From Azolla caroliniana (taxonomy: Eukaryota; Plantae; Polypodiophyta), in contig JBHGNT010000009.1 of NCBI GenBank assembly GCA_043228905.1, forward strand, positions 21,266,001 through 21,330,000: a DNA stretch of 64,000 bases, in the 5' to 3' direction. Both the position numbers and the translations under genes were made by a program. Below are positions 25,601 to 37,912 of the stretch, in pieces (position 1 is the first letter of the stretch; each line of letters starts with the position of its first letter). The notes under the pieces are model-generated. The model did no database searches, was not told the origin of the DNA, and saw nothing but the letters and a program-made list of their open reading frames with translations.

Positions 25601-26263
25601 ATGCCGGCAGAACTCATGACCGGACAAGCACCGGTAATGCCAACGGAAACCGCAATCGCGACATGGACAATACTACCGTGGAAGGAAGAGATGAGCCGGG
25701 AAGATCTACTAGCGGTCCGGATACGATAACTGGAGGGAAGACCGAAAGATGTAGCGGAAGCGTCACGCCGACAACAAGAAGCACGATTCCGGAACAAAAG
25801 CCGGTTCGACACAAAGCACCGACTACGACCGAGGAGGATTGAAGAAGGAGATTGGGTGATCGTATATGATAGTAGCTTGGACCATCAACATACAACGATG
25901 CGGAAATTCGCGAAAAGGTGGTTCGGGCCGTACGAGGTTCGGAAGGTCTTCGACAACGGGACGTACCGACTGTCCGAGTTGGATGGAACAATACTACGAG
26001 TGCCTATAGCCGGGAAGCGGGTGAAGATTTTCAAGAAGCGGACCGACGACAAACCTTATGTGATCCAAGTCGAGGCCGACAACGAGGAGCAATCGGACGA
26101 AGACCACAATGATGCGGGAAGCGAAGAAAGTGGATTACAACTCATAGTCGACATAAGGGGAGAATCGGAGGAAGCTTCGGATGAAGACGGATACGAAGAA
26201 TCAAGAACTTCGGTACATACCGGAGGATGTGCGGGTTTGGAGGGGGCGAGTGTCGTAGTGTAG
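22652..26263 (+). pseudogene. pol: Pol (RT-RH-INT) of element A in the -1 frame, one in-frame stop at 25727-25729
   Basis: DLYSGYDQF, PQGATNS, PFLDD, VDTS, HESDWAGH-CEKC, ADRGE, NGKIER, WFGPY; -1 frame open from the slippery site. Confidence 0.92.
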
Positions 26264-27168
26264 GTTGCACACTATGTGGAAATTATATTTTTGTCCCTCC
26301 GGATAGAGAATGGAGTGCTCGGTGAGAACCGGAAGAAAACGGCATACCGGCAAGGAGGAAAACGGCATACCGGCAAGGAGGAAAACGGCATACCGGCAAG
26401 GAGGAAAAACGGCATACCGGCAAGGAAGAAAACGGCATACCGGCAAGGAAGAGCCGGATAAAGAGACATAAATGTAAAATAAGGAAATACTCACTACTGC
26501 GCAGGGCGTGATTCGAACTCTGCACCTCCACGTTGACAAACTCCAACCTTACCATTACATTAACTTATCTTAAGTGTTTTAAATATAGATTTAATACGTA
26601 TAAGACCTTTATTTATGCATACCTTTATTAAAAGGTAAATCGTGTATTTTTTTAATATATGAAAAAGAAAAATGCGAGACACTAAAAATAACTCATGCAC
26701 ATCTAGCGTGCATGAGCCCTATACTTAGGAAATAAAAAAGCATCACATGCACATTTAGTGGACATGAACACTTTTTTTGTAAAAAAAAAAAAAAGCATGA
26801 AGCCATGCTTAGCTCTTCTTTCCTTATATAAGGAGGAGAGAAATATGTAAAGGGTTGTTGATTATTTGGATTAAGAATTAATTAATACAAAAATTATTCG
26901 TGGGATTCACGATTTATACATCTACTTCTCTCTTAACACCATAAGTACCAATTAATATAGTATACTCGTGTGATTCACGAGTTTCTTATCTTTCTCTTTG
27001 CTATTTACTCATAATTAATCTCTATCTCACGAACTCCTTTCTCCTAGTCCAAGACCTCTGTGGTTCCCACCCGACTCACGCAACGATCCGGAGCCGAAAG
27101 GCACGACAGCGCCGTAACGGCGGCTCGTGGTTACCTTCAACGAAGTTCGCTGTGCACTCACAGCTGTA

Positions 27169-27181
27169 ACCGGGCGTGCCA
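27169..27181 (-). promoter_or_regulatory. PBS of host Gypsy, tRNA-Arg
   Basis: tggcacgcccggt on the minus strand, 5 nt inside the 5' LTR. Confidence 0.85.
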
Positions 27182-27186
27182 AATTG

Positions 27187-27641
27187 TGTTACCCATTCCT
27201 TTGGGTGAACACCTTCGATAGATCTGCGTCTATCGGTCTTCAAGGGCGTGGTACGTGAAGGCTCGTACAGAGGCGTCGAGAGAGATACAGGGCTCAGAGA
27301 GAAAACACTAGCGAGGTTTTGATAGACGTGGCGGCGTGAAACTCATAGGTATAGATCGAAGCACAGACTCATGTAGCAAAATAGGCACAATTAAAATATA
27401 TTACTATGGCAGAAAAGGATTATAGAACACGGCCTATGGTCGGTGACCTTACGAGTTTATCTACTTCGAATGACTAAGCTAGTGCTTCCGCCTATAATTT
27501 TCTTCTCTCCCCTTTCTGAGGTACTGCTTCTCGTTTAAATAACTTTTCCCCTAACACTCAGCCGAGCCATCGGTGGCCCGTGATACTCGGACTTGGCGTT
27601 TGCTAATTTCCTAATTTTACATTTCTGTCCTCTGGACAACA
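27187..27641 (-). repeat. 5' LTR of host Gypsy
   Basis: Direct repeat of 5157-5611. Confidence 0.95.
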
Positions 27642-27650
27642 AACATAAAC

Positions 27651-28978
27651 ATGAATTCCTCACAAATTGTGGGGGATATTGATATGGAAACAATCGATCC
27701 AAAAAAGAGTAATGTGATGGTTGAATGTAATCGTGAAAGGGAAGACATTGGAAGCTCTAAGAGGTTTAAGGGAATTGAAGAAATTAATGAGAAAAAATTA
27801 ACATATGCCGAAATAATACATGTAGATGAAGTTGATAAGGATCACTGTAGTTGGGATAATTTATGGGGAATTGCCAATACCTTATTGTCGGATATTGTGG
27901 AAGAAAATGAAAATGCAGCGAAAGAATGCATTGAAGAGGATGTGCATGATGTGGAAGTTGATGCTAAGGCAGTTTTGCAATCATTTTATGTATTCTATGA
28001 TCGTGCTGTTATATTATTTTTTATTGGCAAACTCCCATATGTTAATTGGATTAAACAATGGTTGAACACAATCGTGTCACCAAATTGTGTTGAAAATATA
28101 TATGCGGGACCACGAGGGTTTTATGATGTGGTGTTTCGTTCACCGGAGCATCGAAGTGCATTGTTGGGTAAAGTTCCTGTGTTTTTTTATAAACGATTGG
28201 TGCATGTTATGAAATGGTCCCCCGTAGTGGACTATCATGCTTTGTTAAAACAAGAATGTCCTGTTTGGGTTACAGTGGATTGTAAGCACGCTTTTTTATG
28301 GCCACTTTTACCAGAGTTGATGAGTTAAATGGGTAAAGTGTTGGTATCTCCACATGCAAATGCTACAAATAAGTGCAGATTTTGTGTGTTATGGGATACA
28401 AGTCACAAGAGGCCAGGATGGGTGCGTATGAATCCTCCTGGTATGAGAAGTCTTTGTTTTAAACTGAAGTGGGAGACATTTGCAGGTCATTGGTTTGGAT
28501 GTGGTGAATGGGGTCACTTTATGGCGGAATGCCACGATCATTGTCCTTCAACTACAAAGGTTCCTATTGAAGGGAACGATAAGGAAGGAGTTGGGAGAGA
28601 TGTTGGTGTGTCAGATTTTGTGGATGAAGGAACATCACCTAGAGCAGGTTATAAAGAGGTCTCACTTCAAGGTTTAGGCCCTAAGAATAAGGTAATTGAA
28701 TCTATGGATACGGAAAAAAAAGTTTAGTGGTTAAAGATAAGGGGAAAAAACCGTTGGATAGAGCTAGTAGTGATGTTGTTGACAAAGATTGGCATGAGGT
28801 TAAGGGCAAGTCGAAAGGGAAATCGATGAATATGCAGCGTAGTAGCTTGCCCACTACTCGTGTGACTACTTGGCAAGGTAATTCAGGAACTAGGGAGGGC
28901 CCTCGAAAAGTTCCTTGGCAACGACAATCTAGGGATAAGGGATTACCCATTCACCTTCAATTTGATTCATTGGGATGA
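27651..28978 (+). pseudogene. LINE ORF1 remnant (DUF4283-like region plus zinc knuckle)
   Basis: RGFYDVVF...LVHVMKWSP...PVWV and degenerate (W)FGCGEWGHFMAEC; several stops. Confidence 0.8.
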
Positions 28979-29149
28979 GTTGTAAATTCATCGAATTCTT
29001 GAGGTTTTCGTCAAGCGGGAGGACCTAAAAAAAAGATTTTGATAGACAACCCTATGGATGTGGTGCATGAAAATCCATATGCAGCATTGAAGCATGCTTT
29101 GACTAGTTTCATGACATTGGTTGCTCTAAAGGAGCAAGTGCTCCCATAA

Positions 29150-32100
29150 CATTGTTGATTGAATGAAAGTGGTAACATGGAATGTGACAGGGGCATGTTC
29201 TCCTCATAAGAAGCATATACTATGGGAAACTTTGTTAAGTAGAGAATGAGATGTAGTATGTGCAGTTGAGCATAAGTGTCATGAGTTAGCAGGATCCACA
29301 CTGCATTTGCATGGATATTCATCATTTTATGCAGGACATCTTAATAATCATTATTTAGGTGTGGTATTAATCGTGAGGGATAAGTATTATCCTCAAGTGG
29401 TGCATAATGATCCTTATGGTCGGTTTTTGGTTCTAGAAATCACTTTTTTTGGCGAGGTTGTGTGGGTGGTTTGGATTTATGCCCCTAACCAAGCCACTCA
29501 ACGTATTGCATTATGGGGTTCACTCCTTCAAACCCTATCTATTGGACGTCTAAGATTACTTAAGGGCGATTTTAACATGTGTGTTGATGCATTTCAATCC
29601 ACATCTGAACATTCAATCATGGATGATCCTGAGCAACTTGCTTGGGACTCATTGGCTATGGAGGTTCTGAAGTTGGATGTTTGGACATGGTTGCAAGGGA
29701 ATGATCCAGGTTTTACCTTCCAATCTGCTCAACATAGACAAACATGGAGTCGGTTAGATAGAATGTATGTGATGATGCATGATGATTCTTTTTTACCGAC
29801 ATCACTTCGTATGAACGTTCTACAAGATGTTGGAACTTCAGATAACTTTCCTATTTTCTTGGAGGTGTGTAATCATGCAATTGACATGTATAAATCTTTA
29901 CTTGGAAAGCCTCCACTATGCTTTAACTCTTCTCTTTTGCTTCAACCTCACTTTGATTCTCTCATGGAACAAATTTTGGTAAATTTTTCTCAATAAGTGA
30001 ATCTTAAAGGAGTTAAAGCATGGGATATCACATTACGAAACATTAACATCATTCATTGTATGTATGGAGTAACCAATGCTCAACGAAGAAGAGGTCTTAT
30101 TTGACAATTCTCACAAGTTCTCTCTAGGTGTAATGCATTATTGATACATACACCATTAGATGAGGATCTTTTTGGATATTCAGAGTCAATTGCATGTTAT
30201 TATTTCTCAGTTGCAATGCCAAAGTTATCGTTATGCTAAGATGCGACAACTCAGGGAAGGACTCATTGATAATTAATGTCAATCTCATTTGTTTTTCCAA
30301 GCATTACATCCTACTTATGCTCGATCTAATGTGGTACATGTGAAGCAAGGGGATGAATTGATAGTGGATCCTACAACAATAATTGACATATGTCTTCATT
30401 ACTTTAAGGAGTTGATTGGTCCACAATTGTTAATGATAGATGAGGTCAGTAGAGCACGTCATGAGTTTTATGATGTGGTTGGATGTATTGTGCATGATCT
30501 CATTAGTCATGAATTGGGTGCAGATTTCACCGAGGATGAGGTGGATGTAGTTTTAAGGCATCTTCCTAGTGGTAAGAGCCCTGGTTGGGATGGCTTGACA
30601 AATGAAGTTTTTAAGAGATATTCCAACATTTTAAAGGGGCCCTTGACTTTGATGTTACAATAATCTTGGGATTCTGGTTGTATGCTTCAAGCTTGGAAGA
30701 TTGGTCTAATTAAACTAGTTCCAAAGGTGGCATCTCTTGAGTCATTTCATCAATGGAAACCTATTTCTTTGATGGGGGGGTTGTACAAGATATTTACGAA
30801 GGTCTTGGCAAATAGATTACAAAAGTATTTGCCAAAGTTGATACACCCCGCCCAATATGGTTTTATTGCAAGTAGAAATATATTGCATAATGTGTTGAAT
30901 GTTCAAATGGCCATGGATTATGCTCGGAACACTCATCAAGAATTGATTATGGTGCAATTAGATTTGGAGAAAGCTTATGATCATGTTAATTGGTCTTTTG
31001 TTTCTGGGTTAATGCATACAATGGGCTTTGGACCTCATATGTCTCGCCTCATATTTTTATTAGGATAAGATGTAGTGTCTCGAGTAATGCTTAATGGGGG
31101 AGTTACATCAGATATTGCCCTCACAAGATCCGTTCGTCAAGGATGCCCTCTTAGCCCATTATTGTTTGTTATTGTTACTCATCCTTTGTTAGTGATGTTA
31201 TCAAGACTTGCAATAAATGGTGACATTGTGGGTTTACACCTTCCATCCAGAGGGCAAATAGTAGCACAAGCTTTGGCGGATGATTCTTTCATGTTTTTAC
31301 AAGCCTCACGGGAGAATCTTGAGAAGGGGATGCTTGTATGGAACCAGTTTGCATTGGCTTCCGGATTACATATTAATTAGAGGAAGTCTAGTCTCATATC
31401 ATGCACTGAAAGGGATTTGGAATGTTTAGGATGGCAAGGATCCGTGGTGAAGAAAGGCTCTATTTTTCGACACTTGGGCTATCCATTAGGAATGAATGTT
31501 ACAAATGGTCAATTTATTGAATGGATGTCTAGTAAGTTGAGGGATAAGTTCATGTATTGGAAGTCACAATCTTGGCCATTTCATGTTCGCTTGAAGGTTG
31601 TACAATGTATTATGGAACCCATGATATTATATTACTTGCCATTATTGCCATGGACAAAGAAGGTGTTGAATTCTATTTTGCAACCTCTTCGATATTTGTT
31701 GTGGAAGAAGAGGGATAAGATGGGAATCACATGGATTGCTTGGAATCATCTAGCAACCCCTAAGCGATTGGGGGGGGTTGGAATATTGAACTTATCTATG
31801 CATATGATGGCTCGTAGATTTTCATTATTACAAGACATGTGCTCAAACTCACAACCATGGAAATCTATTGTTCGATATTTCATTGAGAACAAGGGTTTAA
31901 CACATGGGAGGACAACGATTAAGGCTTCATGGTGGCAATTACTGAATGGATGTATTTCACTTAGGATTTCCGGGTTCTTCATGTGTTCAACACTTAGTTA
32001 CCTCATGGCAAGGAGCACTATTGTTATGTGTATGGAAACCATCATCTAGTAGAGAGCATTGTAACTCTTTGCAAAAAGAGTTACTTGTGTCTTCTCGGTT

Positions 32101-32953
32101 ATTATGTTGGCCAGGAAAAGAGAGATAGCGTTCTCAATTTAATCGTTTGTTTCGTTTGGGGGTCAAAGAGGTGGGAGATATAGTTGAGGTTCCATCTCAA
32201 AGAATTTTGGAGTTTACTGAAGCACGACAATTATTACGCATCCCGCCTAATTATGGGTTTACTTGGCAACAACTACAGAATATTGCATTGATGCAAGGTC
32301 CCTTACCTCTACAAACAGGAGAACAACCGTGGATTGATTGGAGTTTAAGGGGTCAAGGGTTTAGGGTTTAGGGTTTAGGGTTTGCCAAATTACAAGTGAC
32401 TACTAATCTTTTGTATCATTGTTCCGTTGAGTCTCTTGGATGGTTATCATCTAAGGCTGAAGAAGAATGGAAAATACACAAATCTAATCATGGGTGGTGG
32501 CAGATCTTACAACGTAGTTGGCATTCTAAATTGCCACTTGTTGCAAAGGTATTCATTTGGAGAGTTTTGATCGGAGGATTGCCTTTAGGATTAGCTTTAA
32601 AGCGTCGTGGACTAGCAACGGGTACTTGCTTCTTTTGCACAGTTAAGATAGAAGATAGTACTCATCAATTTATACAATGTCCAATTGCTTGTCAAATTTG
32701 GAGTTACATTTCTCAAATTTGGCAAGTTTTATCACGAAGTTATTTGACACCTAGACAATGGGTGTTTGCACAATTTACACAGGCTGACCCAAAATCAAAG
32801 ATGGAGATTGTTTTCCTATTTTTGAGATATTGGGGATTGCATCATAATTGGAACATGCGCAACACTTTTGTATTCGATGGTAGACATGGAGTGAAAGCAT
32901 ATCTACGAAAGTTGAAGGGAGTACTAATGTGGCAATTTTCTTTATTGGAATAA
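29150..32953 (+). pseudogene. LINE ORF2 remnant (APE endonuclease, RT, zf-RVT)
   Basis: IYAPN, GDFN, SRLDR, SDNFP, KSPGWDG, LDLEKAYD, RQGCPLSP, ADD, CFFC...HQFIQC; many stops; start approximate. Confidence 0.92.
32356..32383 (+). repeat. Interstitial plant telomeric repeat (AGGGTTT)x4
   Basis: Four perfect 7-mers inside LINE ORF2. Confidence 0.9.
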
Positions 32954-33120
32954 GTAGAAATTCTTTCCTCGGTGGAGTGTTCATCTTGCCTATTGGCAAT
33001 TCAACATGTTCCACTACCCATGTAGTGTAGTGTGGTTAGTGTGTGACCATACTCCATTGTCACACGTATTGTAAGTAGTGTTTTTCACACACATTTATTA
33101 ATATAATTGTGTGTTTTCAC

Positions 33121-33127
<7 letters not shown>

Positions 33128-33168
<41 letters not shown>
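33128..33168. repeat. (GA)n microsatellite, right flank of LINE
   Basis: Perfect AG run. Confidence 0.95.
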
Positions 33169-33171
<3 letters not shown>

Positions 33172-33345
33172 GGAGTTTAATGAGGGGAGTGAGGGAAACG
33201 GGGAATTGTGATAGGCAAAGGATTGATAAGTGAAAGTGGGCTAGAGGGGGGTTATATGTATGTATATGATGAGTGATAGGTGGGGGTGGGGGTGGGATCT
33301 AAGAAGAGGGGGATTATAGGGGTGGGATATAAAAAGAATATAGTA

Positions 33346-35208
33346 TTAAGTGGGAGTATTTATGGATTTATATTTAGTTTTGACGAGAAGGGAATGAATG
33401 GACTTAGACTTAGTCCAACATATGAAGGGTCGCGGTAGTTCGGATAGTTGGGGATGTGTGGCTAAATCTGCGTGGAGGTTTTCTAGCATGTTGTAAATTC
33501 CTAATCTAGGGGTATCTTTCGTATACCTAAGTTTGAAGATGACAGGTATAAGGGTACCTTTAGGTTTTCTACTAAATACTAGTGATTTCCTAACGCTAAA
33601 TAGGACCTTTTTATAATTCTCTAATATAAAAGAAAGGGGATATCCTCTCTTAACTAATCTACTAAAAAATAGTTTTTTCATTCGAAGGAAACCTAAAGGG
33701 GTACTTTCTCTAGTTAGGTATCATTTTAGTTCATTAATAATAAAATGACGTTTTAAGTGAAGGGGGTGAACTGACGAGAATGAGAGATACTAGTAGGCAT
33801 TTTGGGGCTTTTGGTAGCAATTAAAGGAGAAATGTGAATTCCTTAGGTTAATCCATAAATCTAAGAATGGTAATCTAAAGGGAGAAGTGGTGATGGTAAT
33901 TTTGATGCAATTATAAGTGGAGGTGTTATAGAACTGGAGGTAATTTTCTAATTCGGGTTTAGTACCTGTCCATATCCCGAATGCATCATCTATATATCTA
34001 GTGAAATAGAAAAGATTAGGGTGTGATGGTTGGGAGTTCTCTAAGTGAGCTAAGAATAGGCATGCATAAACGACAGAAAAATTACTACCCATGGTTGTAC
34101 CCTTGACTTGTTGATAGATCATGTTATCAAAGGATAGAAAGTGATATTCTAACGTGAGTGCACTAAGTGTATAGATAAGGTTAGTTTTAGAAGATGAAAA
34201 ATGTGGGGTAATCATTTTTCGTAAAGCTTGAAGTCCTAACCTAGGAGGTGTGCTGGGATATAAAGATTCAACATCAAAGGTGAAGATAATGCTATTAGGG
34301 GGTGGGTTGAGATGTTCTAAAGTCTGGACAAGGGAATGTGAGTCTTTCAAATATTACTTCTGAAGGAGAAGGATAGGCATGAGTTGGTGGTGAAGCCATT
34401 TTGATGTTTGTTCAAAAAGGGAGTTATTGTATGAGCAAATAGGTCTAAAACCTATTGGGTTTTTATGGAGTTTTGGGAGGAAATAGATATTGCATACTTG
34501 GTACCCTTTTGAGGGTTTATGTAGTATGTAGTTGGCTTCTATGTTGGATAGGGCACCAATATGGTTATTAACAATGCTTTTCAATCTATAGGATAACTCC
34601 TCAAGTGGATAGTAGGAGACTTTTTTATATGTATTAGTATCGGAAAGGTGTTCTATAGCTTTGTTATAGTACGTGTCCTTATCAAGAACACACACTCCAA
34701 CATTCTTGTCAGCAGGTAAGATTATGATTTTGTTGTTTTTCTTAAGAGATTGTAAGGCTAGTGATAAGTGAGGTGCAATCCTAGTGGGTTTTAATTTGAG
34801 TGTATGAAGTGTGTCCCTAAAGATAGTTTGGTGTTTAGATATAATGTTTTCTAGGGGAGTGTACTTAGTAGGAGGTTGCCAACTAGGGTTAGGTAGCTTA
34901 AAGGGATTTTTGGGCCAATTATCCACATCTTTGAAAAAATGTTTAAGTCGAAGGGTCCTACTTAGGCTATCAAATTCTTTAAATAGGGTAGGGGATGATG
35001 GTGGAGAAGATGGGAGGATGTGTTTCAAACCAAGGCTAAGGAGTTGTGTCTCATGTTTAGAGAGGGAATAATTAGAGTGGTGGTGGATCCTACTAATTCT
35101 AGGTTTATTAAGGAGAGGCGTCCAAATTTTATTACGGGGTTTCCTACTATGGGTCTTTTTCACATATGGGGAGAAGGGAAAATTAGATGTATGACGTCCT
35201 AACCACAT
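33346..35208 (-). pseudogene. Penelope-like element reverse transcriptase, no GIY-YIG seen
   Basis: PADKNVGVCVLD, LPKLHK...RPI, FDVESLYP, QVKGTTMGS, RYIDD, LPFLD, YQKP and RGYP motifs over three ORF pieces. Confidence 0.9.
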
Positions 35209-36579
35209 GAAAGTATCTAAAGTAGAAGTAGGTCTATTGAGAAGGTAAAAGAGACGTTTCGCGGGATGTATGGCGTGCCGAAACTGTTTACTATCCCGTT
35301 TGGCACGCCTAGCTACACGTTTTTTGTCCTAACATTATTACATGGGAAAGTTTGTAGTTTCGTGGGAAGGGGGCGATTATTGTGAGTACGGATAGGTTGT
35401 TTTCTATGAGGGATTTCATATACGTGTGGGGGAAATTTAGAGGGTGCGGTAGAATATTGAAATCTACTAGAAGTAGAAGGGGAGTTATGTGTAAAGAAGG
35501 GGGGGGTATGTGTAGGAAATGCATGAAAAGGGGGAGGGGTATAGTTTGGAAATAGGGAAACGTTGTGGGGGTTATTAGGGGGGAAATGCATAGGAGTATG
35601 GTTAAAAAATGGGGGAGGGGTATGAGGGAGGTTTATAGAAAATAAAGGGGGGGCATACATCAAATTTGTAGGAAGTAAGGAGGGGGGAGGAGGGGCGTGA
35701 TTAGGGTTAAACACATATGGGATGGAAGGGTCTGTTTGAAATTGTCTGCAGGGGTGGGGTGGGGAGGAGAGGAGGAGGAGGGCCGAAAGGGAAAGACGGA
35801 AGGTCGTTTGTGCCATGGCTTGCATGATCTCTTCCACAGCCGCCATGGGGATACCCTTTTTGTCTTATGTTGGCACGTGTGCCGCTTCCATAAGATGTAC
35901 GACCTTCGCATTGGATGGACCTCCCATATCGGTCCGTACGATAATTATCGCCGCGGCTCATGTAGCCTCCGTTATGGTGTGACAATCGTCCACCATCGCC
36001 GCACGTGTAGCCGCTATCGAAGTAAGATCTTCGATCTCTATTGTATCCTACCAATTCAAATTCCGGTGAGGTATGGTGGTGATGTATAGGCCGTGGGTGT
36101 GGCTCGTGCGAGCCTGAAATATATTGGTTTGAATTTCGTTCGATGTGAGGATGTTCAACAGATGCCCTAAGTGGGTATGTCGCTTCCGCCGCGCATGAGG
36201 GAACTGTTGTCGTGAAGATCCGTCAATACGTGCGGATCGCGAGGCGGAACCGTCGGGGTTTTGGACCAGAAGGATTCAAAGTTGCACTAGCTTTAGCGAG
36301 AAAGAAATTAAGATAGATTGGAAGAGAGAGAGATTGAGATAAGATAGAACGCTTGATTTTAAATTAAGAGATATGGACGAGTGGGCACGAAGGGTACTAG
36401 GATTTGCACTTGCGATCGGTGGCTCCATGTTGTAAATTTTGTGAATGTTGTTTTCAGCACAGATTTTGCTATAGAGCTGATGTTGTAACTATATTTTGGA
36501 ATCCACACAAATTTTATATAGCGAGAATCAACTCATTGTATATTGCGATTACTTATTAATGTAAATGTTGTTTACAACA

Positions 36580-36740
36580 AGTGTTTATCTCAAGTTGATT
36601 TGTTGTTTTAAACTAATCACAAGTTGTGATCTAAAGTTGATTTGTTGTTTTCAACCAATCTAAGTTGTGATCTAAAGTTGATTTGCTGTTTTAAAAGTTT
36701 CTCAAGTTGTGATCTCCAATAGATTTGATGTTTTAACCAA
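36580..36740. repeat. About 41-bp degenerate tandem repeat (about 4 copies)
   Basis: Units of aagttgtgatctaaagttgatttgttgtttt. Confidence 0.8.
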
Positions 36741-37167
36741 TCATCTACTTAATCCTTTCTCTATCTTATTAGTAATATCACCTTGCAAGAAAAAGAAGCA
36801 ACAACTGGTGTGGGAGAGTTAGAGTCGAAAAGAAGATTTTCGATCTTCCCGCTCATTCAGAACCGTGCATGAAATTCTAATTTTGCACGGCTCCTGGTTC
36901 CTAAAAGACTTTCAATTGACTTTAGCAACGTTCCTAGAACCTTCCTCACGTATGTCTAAAAAAAGGACTTTTTTTATTTCTTTAATGAACGACGATTTTT
37001 CATTCAACAGAGAAACTTACCCTTTAACTTCTCCAGGAATCCTTGATCAATCTCAAATGTAAACCAATTGATTCGCGAAAAAGTTAATCTTTCCGAAAGA
37101 GCTTATTTGAAAAGGCTGTTTTAAACCAATCTATATCCCAACCCTTGTAAAAAACATCAATGGTAAT

Positions 37168-37345
37168 AAACCAAGTTGCCCAAACCTCTTAAAATTAATT
37201 CTCCTTTGATATGGTCACCCAACCAGGTTGCCCAAATCTCTTAAAATTAATTCTCTTTAGATATGGTCACCCAACCAGGTTGCCCAAACCCCTTAAAATT
37301 AATTCTCTTTTAATATGGTCACCCAACCAGGTTGCCCAAACCTCA
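37168..37345. repeat. About 53-bp tandem repeat (3+ copies)
   Basis: Units of ccaggttgcccaaacctcttaaaattaattctc...atatggtcacccaa. Confidence 0.85.
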
Positions 37346-37494
37346 TAATCCAAGTTGCCCAACCTGTTACCTAAACGGCCAAAAAAATGGTCATATTAAC
37401 ATGTAAATTAATCACATTTTAAGTCATATTAAACCCTTCACCGTTATTTTAATTAGAGTTGATTCCATCTCCAGTTAATTACCTTTTAAGATCA

Positions 37495-37912
37495 GATACA
37501 ATTAATCACATTCTCTATCTTAATCTGAAGCAATTAATTAATCAAGTTCTTATAATCACATTCTCTGTCTTAATCACATTCTTATAATCACATTCTCTAT
37601 CTTAATCAGGTTCAATTAATCAGAGTCTCTATCTTAATTAGGTTCAATTAATTACATTCTCTAGCTTAATCGGATTCTTATAATCACCATCTCTATCTTA
37701 ATCATAATTTTTATCTTAATCAAATTCACTTAATCACATTCTCTAGCTTAATTAGGTTCAATTAATCAGATTCTCTATCTTAATTAAGTTCAATTAATTA
37801 CATTCTCTAGCTTAATCAGATTCTTATAATCACCGTCTCTATCTTAATCATAATCTCTATCTTAATCAAATTCACTTTATCACATTCTCTAGCTTAAATT
37901 ACCTCTGATTAA
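37495..37912. repeat. AT-rich degenerate minisatellite
   Basis: Many taatcacattctctatct variants with higher-order duplication. Confidence 0.85.

Larger units (their letters stand above)
19725..27108 (+). mobile_element. Ty3/Gypsy element A, tRNA-Trp primed, nested in the 5' region of the host Gypsy
   Basis: 858-bp LTRs 19725-20582 and 26251-27108 (about 4 differences seen), TSD gcgc, PPT 26239-26250. Confidence 0.96.
5157..27641 (-). mobile_element. Ty3/Gypsy non-chromovirus LTR retrotransposon (Athila/Tat-related) with an extra 3' ORF; hosts two nested elements
   Basis: 455-bp direct LTRs (TG...CA), near-TSD gacat/aacat, gag-PR-RT-RH-INT order on the minus strand. Confidence 0.92.
4911..33124 (+). 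mobile_element. L1-like LINE (5' part about 4911-5156, body 27642-33124) interrupted by a Gypsy element
   Basis: ORF1 and ORF2 remnants at 27651-32953; (GA)n on both sides; the Gypsy near-TSD joins 5156 to 27647. The 5' boundary is inferred. Confidence 0.7.

Noticed and set aside
35313-36089. Pro-rich and RGY-rich ORFs as an independent gene
   Set aside because: Low complexity and frameshifted; more likely the decayed 5' part of the Penelope-like element.
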